From a virus, in IMG/VR virus record IMGVR_UViG_3300014720_000016: a stretch of DNA of 64,000 nucleotides; one strand, given 5' to 3'. The notes under the pieces were generated by a model, which made no database searches, had not been told where the DNA came from, and worked only from the letters and a program-made list of their open reading frames with translations. Both the position numbers and the translations under genes were made by a program. Below are positions 27,410 through 36,888 of the stretch, in pieces. Each line of letters begins with the position of its first letter. Position 1 is the first letter of the stretch.

Positions 27410-29542
27410 TCACACCTTGCTTTTGTTTACAAGAGACATGTAGTCGATAATATCTTTGCCAAGCGAGCCGCGATCAACCTGCCAAAGATTCATTAGCTTT
27501 AGCAGTGGGAATAGATTGCGGCAGGCTTCGTAGGTTTCTTCCGGTACATTAGAGGCGTGCTCCTTGCTTCCCAGACCAAGGTTTCGGCCCAACCTTGATC
27601 GACGCAGTGTAGCATAGGCAACTGCCTCGGTCTTGCCCTCGGTGCTCTCTGGATCAAAGAACATTGGAGTACCAGCCTTCTTTGCCCAGACCAGAACACG
27701 ACGGCGCTCATCACTGGCATTAATGCCATCGAAAAGAGCGGCTGCTTCGCCGAGCTTTTTTGCTGCCTCTTGGAGCTCTGTTGACAGCAGCCTGCAGCCA
27801 GCCTCCATAGCTTCCTTGATGTCAGATGTACGTACCGCCAGCAAGCGGGCATTCGCCGGAAGAACACCAGCAGTTACTAGAGACGTAAACTCGTTGGCGA
27901 TTGTCCGTGGCTCCATGTTCTCTACGAAATCCTTTGGTGCAAAACTCTCCATCGGGATAATAAGGTTAAGCTTGTTTTCTTCAAACTCTGCTGGCGTCCA
28001 GTTCTTGGACTTGGCAGAACGCTCGTGCGGCCCGCCAGAGGCAGTGAAGTAGATCGCAGCACGCTTGGCGGCATCTACTTTAGTGGGAGCCTTGCGGGGG
28101 CGAACGAGTGGTCGATCATCGTCCTCAGTAGCGTCAGGCATTGCCGGATCTGGCAGAGTACTAGCTAGAACCCAAAGATCTTCTGGCATGGTCTTGCTGA
28201 GCCATGACTTCGACTCCTCCACCTTCGTAGGAGCCGGCACCAGCATGGTAACGCCCGTCCGCAACTCCGCTGCTAGGTTTTTTGCACGGGCTACGCCAGT
28301 CGCCCGGTCTACGTCCAGTAGAACAATAGTATTCTGTACTGGAGAAATTTTTTCCTTGCCAAGTACATCAGCGGGACGTGCAGCATAGCGGCTGCCCGAA
28401 CGGTAAACCTCTACAACGGAGCTGAAGTAGAAGTCGTCAATTGTCGGACGGGTTTCCCACTCTTTGCCCTGCCACTTGATCTTGTCGCCAGTAACAACGC
28501 ACTCGATGCCATCATTAGAGATGTAGCCCAGCTCATGTGCCTTGCGAATAGCCTGGCGCAGATTTGTTTGAGCCAGTACCTCGGTCGTGACTTTTGCGGT
28601 AGCGCGATCCCTGATGCCAGTCAGCTTCTTGATGATTGCCTTAACCGTCGAGTCCTTGTACTCGAGGGCTTCGCGGCTGGCAGCCATCTGTAGCTCGCCG
28701 ATCTCAAAGTTCATAATAAGATTTGAGCAGCGCCATCGCAGCCAGTCACTGTCGGCTGCGTTGAGCCGATTAGCATTGCCCTTCGAGTCATAAGAGTCGT
28801 AGAGCAGCTTGCTGATGTCTACAGGGTATCCGACGTTGCCCATGATAGCAATAGGGTCATCAAGGCGATGCCTTGCGATCTTGACATCGTCCAGATCGAT
28901 GTGGATCTCGGGAATATCAAGGGCAACGGCAGCACCTAGGATGGTGGGCTTGACACGGAACCAGCGGTAGAGATTGCGCGCACGATTGTGGAAGTCATGC
29001 ACATCGCTTGAATCGACCGGGATAACAATCTCGATGCCGGTTTCGGTGGTTGGCTCGCGAGAAAGCTCGCTTACCTCACCCAGACCGCTTTCGTCAAGGA
29101 AGATGCTATAGCAAGTCTTGGTACCGTTACAGTGCGAGTTGATCTGCCAGAAATCCGTGTAGGCAAACGCAGACTTGCTGCCGAAACCCATCTGGCCGTT
29201 GAATGCATTTGAATTACGCTTCGTAGAAGCGCCATACATGCAGTACACTTCGCGAATGCCATCCTCATCCAGGCCGCGACCAAAGTCACGGACTCGGAAG
29301 AATAGATCGCTGTGATTGGGGAGGGTGATCTGGATGGGGGTATCTGGGATGCCGGCATCAATATGGGCATCGCAGGCATTCGTGGCGTACTCGCGGCAAA
29401 CGGCCAATACCTTGTCCGAGTATAGCTTGCTGCGAAGTACTGAGAAGATGTGCACCATATCTGATGCAGTCTTAATACCAAACTTCGATGACTTGAAATC
29501 ACCGTTGCGCTCTACATCAAAACCGATCTCATCTTGCTTCAT
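27410..29542 (-). CDS. rIIA: rIIA-like protein (GHKL ATPase N-domain)
   Basis: LYSDKVLAVCREYATNACDAH, RDFGRGL, YGASTKRNSN...GFGSKSAFAYTD, SREALEY. Confidence 0.9.
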   Translation of the reverse strand: MKQDEIGFDVERNGDFKSSKFGIKTASDMVHIFSVLRSKLYSDKVLAVCREYATNACDAHIDAGIPDTPIQITLPNHSDLFFRVRDFGRGLDEDGIREVYCMYGASTKRNSNAFNGQMGFGSKSAFAYTDFWQINSHCNGTKTCYSIFLDESGLGEVSELSREPTTETGIEIVIPVDSSDVHDFHNRARNLYRWFRVKPTILGAAVALDIPEIHIDLDDVKIARHRLDDPIAIMGNVGYPVDISKLLYDSYDSKGNANRLNAADSDWLRWRCSNLIMNFEIGELQMAASREALEYKDSTVKAIIKKLTGIRDRATAKVTTEVLAQTNLRQAIRKAHELGYISNDGIECVVTGDKIKWQGKEWETRPTIDDFYFSSVVEVYRSGSRYAARPADVLGKEKISPVQNTIVLLDVDRATGVARAKNLAAELRTGVTMLVPAPTKVEESKSWLSKTMPEDLWVLASTLPDPAMPDATEDDDRPLVRPRKAPTKVDAAKRAAIYFTASGGPHERSAKSKNWTPAEFEENKLNLIIPMESFAPKDFVENMEPRTIANEFTSLVTAGVLPANARLLAVRTSDIKEAMEAGCRLLSTELQEAAKKLGEAAALFDGINASDERRRVLVWAKKAGTPMFFDPESTEGKTEAVAYATLRRSRLGRNLGLGSKEHASNVPEETYEACRNLFPLLKLMNLWQVDRGSLGKDIIDYMSLVNKSKV

Positions 29543-29554
29543 TAGGATATCCTG

Positions 29555-29884
29555 TCAAAAATAAATCGAAACGAATCGTTCGTAAGTGATTGAATTACCG
29601 GCGGGGTCAAACCATTCTTCATTTACCCAACCGGCGGAAACTGTTGTTATTTGCCCTACCCGACCATCGGAATAGAACAAGTGCTGCACATAGCCATAAT
29701 CGCTTGGATCCTTATTCCATTTTCTCAGGAGATTAAAATCTGGATAGTAGGCAGCGGCCAGCCGGTCGGGGCCAGCAGGCCGCTGAATAACTGACTCGCC
29801 AACTGGAGAGCTGCCGCATGATGTCGGTGATATACCGTACTCTTCAGATACAGACAGTATCAGCTCTGCTAACCAGAGCTTCAT
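29555..29884 (-). CDS. hypothetical protein, MKL-start family
   Basis: MKLWLAELI. Confidence 0.65.
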   Translation of the reverse strand: MKLWLAELILSVSEEYGISPTSCGSSPVGESVIQRPAGPDRLAAAYYPDFNLLRKWNKDPSDYGYVQHLFYSDGRVGQITTVSAGWVNEEWFDPAGNSITYERFVSIYF

Positions 29885-29885
29885 G

Positions 29886-30590
29886 TCAGTGAGCCCTGAA
29901 TGCTACATGCTTTGTTGTGCGGGAATCCGTACATAGCCGGCACTTCTCGCAGGCACCAGCGGTTTCCAGCTTGCCTACTGTGGCGGGACAGAAGAAGCTG
30001 CCTTCTGGCTTTTCCTCGTTCTTGGCAATCGGGCCATAGGCATGGCGGAAAAAGCTGTGGTTTTTAACAAAGGCCAGTGCCTCGCTCTCATTAGCCGAGT
30101 CTGTACTGGCCCAGCATGTTACATTGCGCAGGCTCTGCATACCGGAGAAATCCAGAGTAAATGACCGGGTGTAGAACCAGAACTTTGTATTTGGCCGGGC
30201 GGCGATAGCCTCCGCCCAAACATCGACGTACCATTGCGAGAAGAAGTCACCTGACTCGTGAATACGGAAAAGCTCTGCTTTCTCTGGGATCATTTCCAGG
30301 AGAGCCCGGACAGCGCCCTCGTTATCAGCATTGGCCTCGAAGTGCTTGAGCAGCTTCCAGTTGCGGGCGAGCAGATTCTGTACGGCAGGCCAGGTGTGAT
30401 TGCCCTTCTTGGCATAACACTTGCTGGCACATACGTCGGTTTCGCCGATACAGCCGAAGTTCTTGCCAGCCGGGATGGCAAAAGCATTATTCTTTTTCAC
30501 CGAGATCTTGGCAGGGCTAGAAGCCCGCAGTCCTTCTGGGAGATCTCCGTTGTCAAGAATCTTGAGGATGTTCGATACGTACTTTGACAT
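29886..30590 (-). CDS. phage gene-product-88-like Cys-rich protein
   Basis: C..C...CYAKKG, FRIHESGDFFS, FWFYTRS, C-terminal CP..C..CRLC. Confidence 0.75.
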   Translation of the reverse strand: MSKYVSNILKILDNGDLPEGLRASSPAKISVKKNNAFAIPAGKNFGCIGETDVCASKCYAKKGNHTWPAVQNLLARNWKLLKHFEANADNEGAVRALLEMIPEKAELFRIHESGDFFSQWYVDVWAEAIAARPNTKFWFYTRSFTLDFSGMQSLRNVTCWASTDSANESEALAFVKNHSFFRHAYGPIAKNEEKPEGSFFCPATVGKLETAGACEKCRLCTDSRTTKHVAFRAH

Positions 30591-30668
30591 TTGCTATTCC
30601 TAGGGATAAAAGGTAAGTGGTTACAGGCGGATGGAAGTGGTTGGCTAGCAATAAAGCGGATTTAGCAT

Positions 30669-31328
30669 ATGGAATTCAATCTGTTTAAGATTGCCAAAAA
30701 AGAGCTGGAGTGTCCTCAGTGCGGGGTGACATTTGTCCCTCGGCATTCAGCCGTGTGGAAGTTGAAAAATGGCTTGACCAAGAAGCTGTTCTGTTCGCGC
30801 GCCTGCCGAGTAAAGAACTACCAGCGGCGCATTACAATGCCGTGTAAGATCTGCGGCAAGTCGGTTACTCGCTTGCTTTCGGAACACCGCAAGTCAAAAA
30901 GCGGGAATATATTCTGCTCTCCAGAATGTGGTACGATTTGGTCTAACTACATGGGAAAGAAGTTCCATACTCGCTCTGCACTAGAAGTTGCTGTCGAGGA
31001 GCAGCTACATCAGGACTTCCCAGATCTAGAAGTCATTTGCGGCTCTAACTCTGCAATCGGCGCTGAGCTGGATATCTACTTCCCAAGCAAGAAGATTGCT
31101 ATTGAAATTCATGGCGCCTATCACTACTACCCTGTTCGGGGTGACTGGGCCAAGTTCATGAAAACGCTGCGGAATGATGCCCGCAAGCTGCGAATGGCTA
31201 AAGACGCTGGCATCAAGCTATATGTGCTTAATGCCAGCAAGCTGCGTGGCAAGCGTGCCTTTAGCAGCTATTATAAGCAGATAGCCGATCTAGTAAGAAA
31301 GGCCATCCTAGAGAGCGACTCTAAATAA
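30669..31328 (+). CDS. zinc-finger + Vsr/DUF559-like endonuclease (homing-endonuclease-like)
   Basis: CPQC, FCSRAC, CKIC, FCSPEC, then ELDIYFPSKKIAIEIHGAYHY. Confidence 0.75.
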   Translation: MEFNLFKIAKKELECPQCGVTFVPRHSAVWKLKNGLTKKLFCSRACRVKNYQRRITMPCKICGKSVTRLLSEHRKSKSGNIFCSPECGTIWSNYMGKKFHTRSALEVAVEEQLHQDFPDLEVICGSNSAIGAELDIYFPSKKIAIEIHGAYHYYPVRGDWAKFMKTLRNDARKLRMAKDAGIKLYVLNASKLRGKRAFSSYYKQIADLVRKAILESDSK

Positions 31329-31363
31329 AAAGCCACCCGTTTTACTGAGTGGCTCTTGATGCG

Positions 31364-31393
31364 AAAAAGGCGGCGCAGTAGCGCCGTTTTTTT
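31364..31393. terminator. bidirectional intrinsic terminator between convergent genes
   Basis: AAAAAGG-CGGCGC-AGTA-GCGCCG-TTTTTTT. Confidence 0.75.
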
Positions 31394-31983
31394 CACTTTA
31401 CGGCAGGCGGTACCGGAGCACCCTTAGTGCCAGTGCTCAAGGTACCCGAACCACTACCAGCAGTTGGCGTAGGAATTGAAGCAACCTGCCCATCGGTATC
31501 ACGGCGTTCAATCTTGGCGTCCTGAGGAGAGGCCGCCGGAGCAGAGCCACCAAATGGGCTAGGTGTACCGACTGCAAAGTGCGCAGATGTCTGCGCCTTG
31601 ATGTTGTTAAGGCGCTTCATCAGGTCGTGCCATCCTGTGAGTGGAGCGCCCTGGCCTGCCATCTTTAGAAATTCCAGTATCTGTGGTCCGGTAATCTTGC
31701 TAGCAGGAACAGCCATAGGCGGCTGTTCACCCGCGGCCTTGAACATCTGAACGATCTCTTGCATAACAAGACGAGCGCGCTCATGCATCTTTTCTATTTC
31801 TGCTTTTTTATCGGCTGGAACCGTGACTGCGAGCGGCTCCATAGAGATCTCTTCAGGCTCAGCATGCTCGTCATAAGCTGCAATAACCTTGATCAGATTA
31901 TCAATCTGGTCTGCTACGCGGATGTTACCTTCGGCGTCTGCCTCGTTGGCTAGCGCTGCCAGGCCGTCTAGAATCTTTTTCAT
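31393..31983 (-). CDS. hypothetical protein with LAxxANExDxxG...AD.ID motif
   Basis: N-terminus paralogous to that of 57476..57760. Confidence 0.7.
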   Translation of the reverse strand: MKKILDGLAALANEADAEGNIRVADQIDNLIKVIAAYDEHAEPEEISMEPLAVTVPADKKAEIEKMHERARLVMQEIVQMFKAAGEQPPMAVPASKITGPQILEFLKMAGQGAPLTGWHDLMKRLNNIKAQTSAHFAVGTPSPFGGSAPAASPQDAKIERRDTDGQVASIPTPTAGSGSGTLSTGTKGAPVPPAVK

Positions 31984-32354
31984 AATTACCTCTAAGAAAA
32001 TACTTACTCAAATCGTGGGCTTATTAGTAGCGACCAGCACGTAAAAGACTACGCCCTCCAGCGGGCTGCTTACCCTGATAACTTCCCACGGCTGCCTTGC
32101 CTGCTCTTTTGTTTTATTTTCCGTAGCTTTAGGCCAAATTCCCCCTAGAAAGGATATCAAGTAGCTCATTAATTACCTTGCGGCTTCCCAGGTTTTTTAA
32201 GTTTTGCATGTGCATAGATCACTCTGGTCGTAGGCCTTACCGGCTGAAAAGTGCGCATTCTAGCCGCCCAAACCGTTGGACTAAGTCTGACTAGCCTAGA
32301 AGGTGGAAGGCTCTCCATTGCTATCACCAGTCCTTTGTGTAGATTTTTGCCGAT

Positions 32355-32387
32355 AATAAAAAGCGGGCCGCTACGGTAGCGGCCCGC
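32355..32387 (-). terminator. intrinsic terminator
   Basis: Perfect 11-bp stem GCGGGCCGCTA/TAGCGGCCCGC plus TTTTT on the - strand. Confidence 0.8.
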
Positions 32388-32394
32388 CGCGCCG

Positions 32395-32607
32395 TCAGTT
32401 ACGCCGTACGTCTTCCATTTTCTCCTGGAGGCACTTCTGCACCCAAGCAATATCACGCTGGATGGCAACAGTGTGATCTGCCCCAGCGCTGCGCAGCTCC
32501 GCAAACAGATCCTTCTCAAGACGCTTAAGCTCGTTAAACTGTAGGCTGCGAAGTAGTGAAGTCTTCATGCTTTTTTCCATATTGCTATTGCCTGCATCCG
32601 CAAGCAA
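32395..32607 (-). CDS. small coiled-coil hypothetical protein
   Basis: Sole gene between element copy 5 and a terminator. Confidence 0.6.
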   Translation of the reverse strand: MLADAGNSNMEKSMKTSLLRSLQFNELKRLEKDLFAELRSAGADHTVAIQRDIAWVQKCLQEKMEDVRRN

Positions 32608-32678
32608 GGACCACTAAAGCAGCGGCAGCAGAATTACTGCCATCTGCCCCGGTCGGTGGTCCCGCCGACCGTCCACCG

Positions 32679-32711
32679 GGATCGGGCGGCGCCGGGTTTA
32701 GGCCCGGCCCG
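32679..32711 (-). promoter_or_regulatory. CCTAAA-N13-GATCC element, copy 5
   Basis: ggatc-gggcggcgccggg-tttaggcccggcccg. Confidence 0.8.
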
Positions 32712-32714
32712 TCC

Positions 32715-34043
32715 TCACTCGAAATCAGAAAGCTTGTGTACATGCGAATCGGCAGGGATACCATAATCCCTAGAGCCGCCCGCTGTCAGGAACCAGTGCC
32801 AGCGTTTTGGCTTTTCTGGATGCACATCGTTGCCATAGCCGTCACTCAACACCCATACCGCGTGCGGGTAAGCGGAGTCTTTCTCGGCCATCTCTGCCTG
32901 AATACGTCGCTCGATAATGCTAAAGCTGGTTCCTCCTCCCCCGTAAACTTTTGCAGTTTTTAGATCTGTCTCATATACGCGGGTATCAAAGCAGTACAGC
33001 TTGACATCAAACCGGCGTGGGTCAAGTGTGCGTGCAGCCTTGAAAAACCGCTCTGCATAGCTAATGCAGCTGCCACTTGTATCAAGAAAGAATGAAACTC
33101 TAATCCGCTTTTTCTCGTCGCCCTCGCTCTCGCCGAGCGCAGGTAGCATACAATCGCCCATCATTGACGGATCAATTCGGCGGCTCTGCTGTGTCCAAAC
33201 AGGGGCTTCTGCAAACTCATCTGCGGCACGCAGTGCCCATTTCTTGACTACGCTTTCCCAACGGGGTTTAGGTCGAATCCATTTCGCAGATGCAATCTCG
33301 AGAACCGTATCACCCGGATGCTTACCAGCACGCAGCCCCTTGGCTGCGGCAGCTGCACTCTTCTCCATCTCTGGAGTTGCGTCAGATCCGGCCATTTCAG
33401 CCAGTTCTTCCGTATTGCCAGAGTCAAGTGTGCGCTTAAGCATGTCGGCCAGATCACCCCCGCCGAATCCTGCGAGATCCCTGTGATCATCTACGGTTTG
33501 TGGCCTGCCACCTCCTTCGCCAGATTCCCGGTTAGGGCTAGCCTTGTTCTTTAGCTTTGCCTCGGGATTTTTACTCAGCAGAGCGTTGGCATAATATTCA
33601 AAACTTTTACCAGCTGGCTCGCCAGGCAGGACTTCATCTAGCCAGATATACCGCACGCCATCTGGCTCAACCTCGTCACGACGAAAACCATAGTGGCTTT
33701 CAAGATGCGAGTTGACCGCAATATCCATCGCAGCATTCAGTGTGCCTGGATCTACAGTCTTAAGCAGCTCAGTAGAGCGAATGCCGTGACTAAAGATGAC
33801 GTGCATACACTCGTGGGCAATGGCAAAAAGCTTGCCCTTTTCTGACAGGGTGCCCCAGAAATCTGGATTGACTGACCACATGATCTGCTGTCCGGCCTTG
33901 TCAAAGGCTACGGCGCACGTCGGGATCTCCCGCGTTACAGTCGGCTTTCCCATCGACCAGAATTTAGAAAAAACCGAGTGGTAGTCCTCTAGCTGTTTTG
34001 CTAGACTCGACCACTCGTCATCTGATAGGCACTCAGTCGACAT
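32715..34043 (-). CDS. DUF2201-type metallopeptidase-like + VWA domain protein
   Basis: AHECMH (HExxH), NAAMDIAVN, DTSGS MIDAS, GGGGTSF, LSDG. Confidence 0.85.
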   Translation of the reverse strand: MSTECLSDDEWSSLAKQLEDYHSVFSKFWSMGKPTVTREIPTCAVAFDKAGQQIMWSVNPDFWGTLSEKGKLFAIAHECMHVIFSHGIRSTELLKTVDPGTLNAAMDIAVNSHLESHYGFRRDEVEPDGVRYIWLDEVLPGEPAGKSFEYYANALLSKNPEAKLKNKASPNRESGEGGGRPQTVDDHRDLAGFGGGDLADMLKRTLDSGNTEELAEMAGSDATPEMEKSAAAAAKGLRAGKHPGDTVLEIASAKWIRPKPRWESVVKKWALRAADEFAEAPVWTQQSRRIDPSMMGDCMLPALGESEGDEKKRIRVSFFLDTSGSCISYAERFFKAARTLDPRRFDVKLYCFDTRVYETDLKTAKVYGGGGTSFSIIERRIQAEMAEKDSAYPHAVWVLSDGYGNDVHPEKPKRWHWFLTAGGSRDYGIPADSHVHKLSDFE

Positions 34044-34053
34044 TGCTACTCCG

Positions 34054-35328
34054 TCAGATAATCTTTAGCTCGCGGGCAACCTCGGAGATCAGCTCTCGAT
34101 TAATCGCAATCTGCGTTGCCTTGACAATAAGCTGACGCATTACTTCGTCAGCAGAGATGGCCTTGCGATTGGTCTTTAGCAGTTCCTGCAACTCCTCGCG
34201 ACCGAGCGTAGGCTGAAAAAGCACGCCTAGCTGGCGCTTCAGGGTTTCGCTGTTTACGCCATCCTGTCTGGCCTTGGCAGTAATCTTTTTCTGCGCTTCT
34301 TTCTTAGCCTTCTCGATTGCCGAGGCGAATGCCTTAATCGAATCTGCCACGCCCTTGTCAGCGGTCTTGGAAGGCGGACTCTTTGAAATCTCCGCAGCTA
34401 GTGATGTGAATCGGGAATCGCCAGTCATGATACGCTCGACAATAAAACCACGAACGCTAGCCACACTGCACTTGTTTACGATCTCCTCGTCGGTCATGGC
34501 TTCGATCATTGCCACGGGGAACTTGCCCTCTAGGATCTCGCCCATGACAAGATCCCGCAGATTCCCGTTGCCCTGGATCTCTTTGCGCAGGCCATTCACG
34601 TCCAGCTTGCGGAGCTGTGGAAGCCGGCTCATTAGCCCAGACTTGTTAAGCTCGGCTTTTAGATCTTTTACGTTAACTTCCTTGGGCAGTACGTAGTCAA
34701 TGTCAAGACCAGCTTGGTAGGCCTGGATTGCATACTCTAGACGGCGGGGCGAAACAACGCTTTTCTTTCGCAGCTTCTCGTCAATCTTGCCCCACCAGCG
34801 GTGAGCAATCTCGCCCAGTACGCCATAGGTATCCTTGAAATATTTAAGGGAAGGGCCGTTGGGTAGGACAACCTTGATCTGAAAGCGATCTTCTTGAGCG
34901 GGATCAAGCCGGTCAACATCATAGGTATCCTCCTCATCGTGAGGATTGACCATCGCCCAGATCATCTTGAGATTGGGCATTGGCACGCCATTGATCGACT
35001 TGAACTGGATCGCTTCCATCAGGGCATTGCGCACCTTCTTTGGAGCACGATTGAACTCGTCTACAACGATAACCTGGATGTCGTTGTTGGCGAATACCTT
35101 GGGCTTGATAAAGTCAAGCCAGCGACCGTTCTCGTCTTCAACTACCCTAGGAACGCCTACAAAATCTACGAACGGGTCCATGGTTGATGCTGAGAAGTAG
35201 GCATACTTAATGCCATTGCGCTTCATGGCAGCCAGCACTTGCTCGGTCTTGCCAATCCCATGAGGGCCGACAAGGAGGACATTCTGCGATGTCCGAATCC
35301 AATCATCTAGCAGTTTCTCGGTAAGCAT
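34054..35328 (-). CDS. MoxR-like AAA ATPase
   Basis: GPHGIGKT, VVDEFNRA, LDPAQEDRF, SPRR; paired with the VWA gene. Confidence 0.85.
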   Translation of the reverse strand: MLTEKLLDDWIRTSQNVLLVGPHGIGKTEQVLAAMKRNGIKYAYFSASTMDPFVDFVGVPRVVEDENGRWLDFIKPKVFANNDIQVIVVDEFNRAPKKVRNALMEAIQFKSINGVPMPNLKMIWAMVNPHDEEDTYDVDRLDPAQEDRFQIKVVLPNGPSLKYFKDTYGVLGEIAHRWWGKIDEKLRKKSVVSPRRLEYAIQAYQAGLDIDYVLPKEVNVKDLKAELNKSGLMSRLPQLRKLDVNGLRKEIQGNGNLRDLVMGEILEGKFPVAMIEAMTDEEIVNKCSVASVRGFIVERIMTGDSRFTSLAAEISKSPPSKTADKGVADSIKAFASAIEKAKKEAQKKITAKARQDGVNSETLKRQLGVLFQPTLGREELQELLKTNRKAISADEVMRQLIVKATQIAINRELISEVARELKII

Positions 35329-35361
35329 TTGCGTTGTCCTTTGCGGGGTCGTCGTCGGAGG

Positions 35362-35394
35362 GGATCGGGCGGGACCGGGTTTAGGCCCGACCCG
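35362..35394 (-). promoter_or_regulatory. CCTAAA-N13-GATCC element, copy 6
   Basis: ggatc-gggcgggaccggg-tttaggcccgacccg. Confidence 0.8.
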
Positions 35395-35396
35395 GC

Positions 35397-35897
35397 CTAG
35401 CGGGCGAGAGCAGGCAGAATAAAGTCCGTATTAAATTGACCAAATGAACCCGTGCAGATCTGCTCAGGCTTTACCCATTTTACGAGTGCGCCTTCAGAAT
35501 TGACATGATCCCGTACGTCTCCAAAGATCTCAGCGCGGTAGATAAAAACTTTGATGGTGCCTACGTCAGCAATCCCAACTAGGAAAGGGTTGCATAACGT
35601 AGCACCTGTTTCCTCTACAGCCTCACGACATGCGGCTGTCAGCGGTGTCTCGCCCGCTTCGATCTTGCCGCCTGGCAAACCTAGATCAGAGTGATCATCC
35701 TTCCTGCTAACCGCTAGGATCAAGCCATCCTGCTCTACGATAATAACAGAAGCACTGCCGTCAGGAAAAGAGCTGTTGTAATTTTGCTTTTTTCTCATTC
35801 CGCTGGCTTTCATTGGTGGCAGAGCTGACCAGATTAATTGCTCGCTAGCAGCTCGCTGCTTCAGCTTTGTTGTGCTTACACTGTCACAATTGATCAT
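35397..35897 (-). CDS. NUDIX hydrolase
   Basis: GLPGGKIEAGETPLTAACREAVEETG Nudix box. Confidence 0.9.
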   Translation of the reverse strand: MINCDSVSTTKLKQRAASEQLIWSALPPMKASGMRKKQNYNSSFPDGSASVIIVEQDGLILAVSRKDDHSDLGLPGGKIEAGETPLTAACREAVEETGATLCNPFLVGIADVGTIKVFIYRAEIFGDVRDHVNSEGALVKWVKPEQICTGSFGQFNTDFILPALAR

Positions 35898-36712
35898 TCT
35901 TCCGCCTCCGCGTTTACCAGCGCCCGTTCCGATATGTATGCCGCAGCATTGCGGTGCCCGCCACCGCCAAACTTTTCAGCTATTTCTGCTACATCCATTC
36001 CTTCTGGCGAAGACCGCAGGCTAATATACCAGCGACCTTCAGAGCCGCTGAATATTGCGGCGAAGTCATGCCCCTTGCAAAGGCGCCGGCCTATCTCAGA
36101 TTTGAAATCTGCTGAGTTGACTGCCGGCACAAGGCGACCTGCAATCTCCGTAAGAAAGCTCTTTTCCAGGATGCGGTTGATTTTCTCTGAGCGCCATAAT
36201 GAAATAGCTTCGGCGTGCTTGATCTGGCCCTCGAGGTCTGACTCAACACGCATTAAGAGTTCCAGCCACCGCTCTGCCTCAAACGGCAGAACTTCGGCCA
36301 TAACCATTAGCGAACGGGTAAATGGCAGATCGCTGCGGCCACGATCAGCCTCGCCCACTGCCTGTAGGAGCAGCGGCTGGCTCTGACCGGGAAAAAAGAA
36401 ATCCCAACAAACCTGAGCGCCTGACTTGTCTTTTTCGAAAATACAATACGGCAGATGACCTAGTGCCTTCTCGGCAGTCTGATGGTGATCCAGTAGAACA
36501 AGGCTTCGCGCCCGGCTGTGAATATCCTTGATGACATCCAGAGGATAGCTGAAGTCTGCAATAACAACTTCTTTGCCATCAATCAGCTCAGCAGGGGGCG
36601 GATTGACCCGGTCGCTAGCAGCGTACAGAGTAATGCCGGGGTTTGCGAGCGCGCAGACTACCGCGCTCATAATGCCATCTGCGCAGTTAGCGTGATATAT
36701 ACAGGTATCCAT
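35894..36712 (-). CDS. DHH/DHHA1 phosphoesterase
   Basis: YHANCADG, ADFS, LDHH, SLRS, GGGGHRNAA. Confidence 0.9.
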   Translation of the reverse strand: MDTCIYHANCADGIMSAVVCALANPGITLYAASDRVNPPPAELIDGKEVVIADFSYPLDVIKDIHSRARSLVLLDHHQTAEKALGHLPYCIFEKDKSGAQVCWDFFFPGQSQPLLLQAVGEADRGRSDLPFTRSLMVMAEVLPFEAERWLELLMRVESDLEGQIKHAEAISLWRSEKINRILEKSFLTEIAGRLVPAVNSADFKSEIGRRLCKGHDFAAIFSGSEGRWYISLRSSPEGMDVAEIAEKFGGGGHRNAAAYISERALVNAEAEE

Positions 36713-36888
36713 CTGCCTGCCGTTCTGTCCTGCCGGACTGGTTATTTTCCATTAGAAAGGATGGCCGCAAAAACAAGCGGCCACATTAGTACTATCATAG
36801 CGGCATCGGCCATTCCTAGCCTGTCATCGCTATTGCTAACAATCCAGCCCGAAGTAGCTAGGCCAACTATCAGATATGCTGCCATGCT

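Noticed and set aside
32116-32126. CTTTAGGCC half-site
   Set aside because: No GGATC 13 nt away; it lies in a probable small ORF.
32349-32356. GCCGATAA sigma28 -10 box
   Set aside because: No matching TAAA -35 and no + strand gene downstream; it abuts a terminator.
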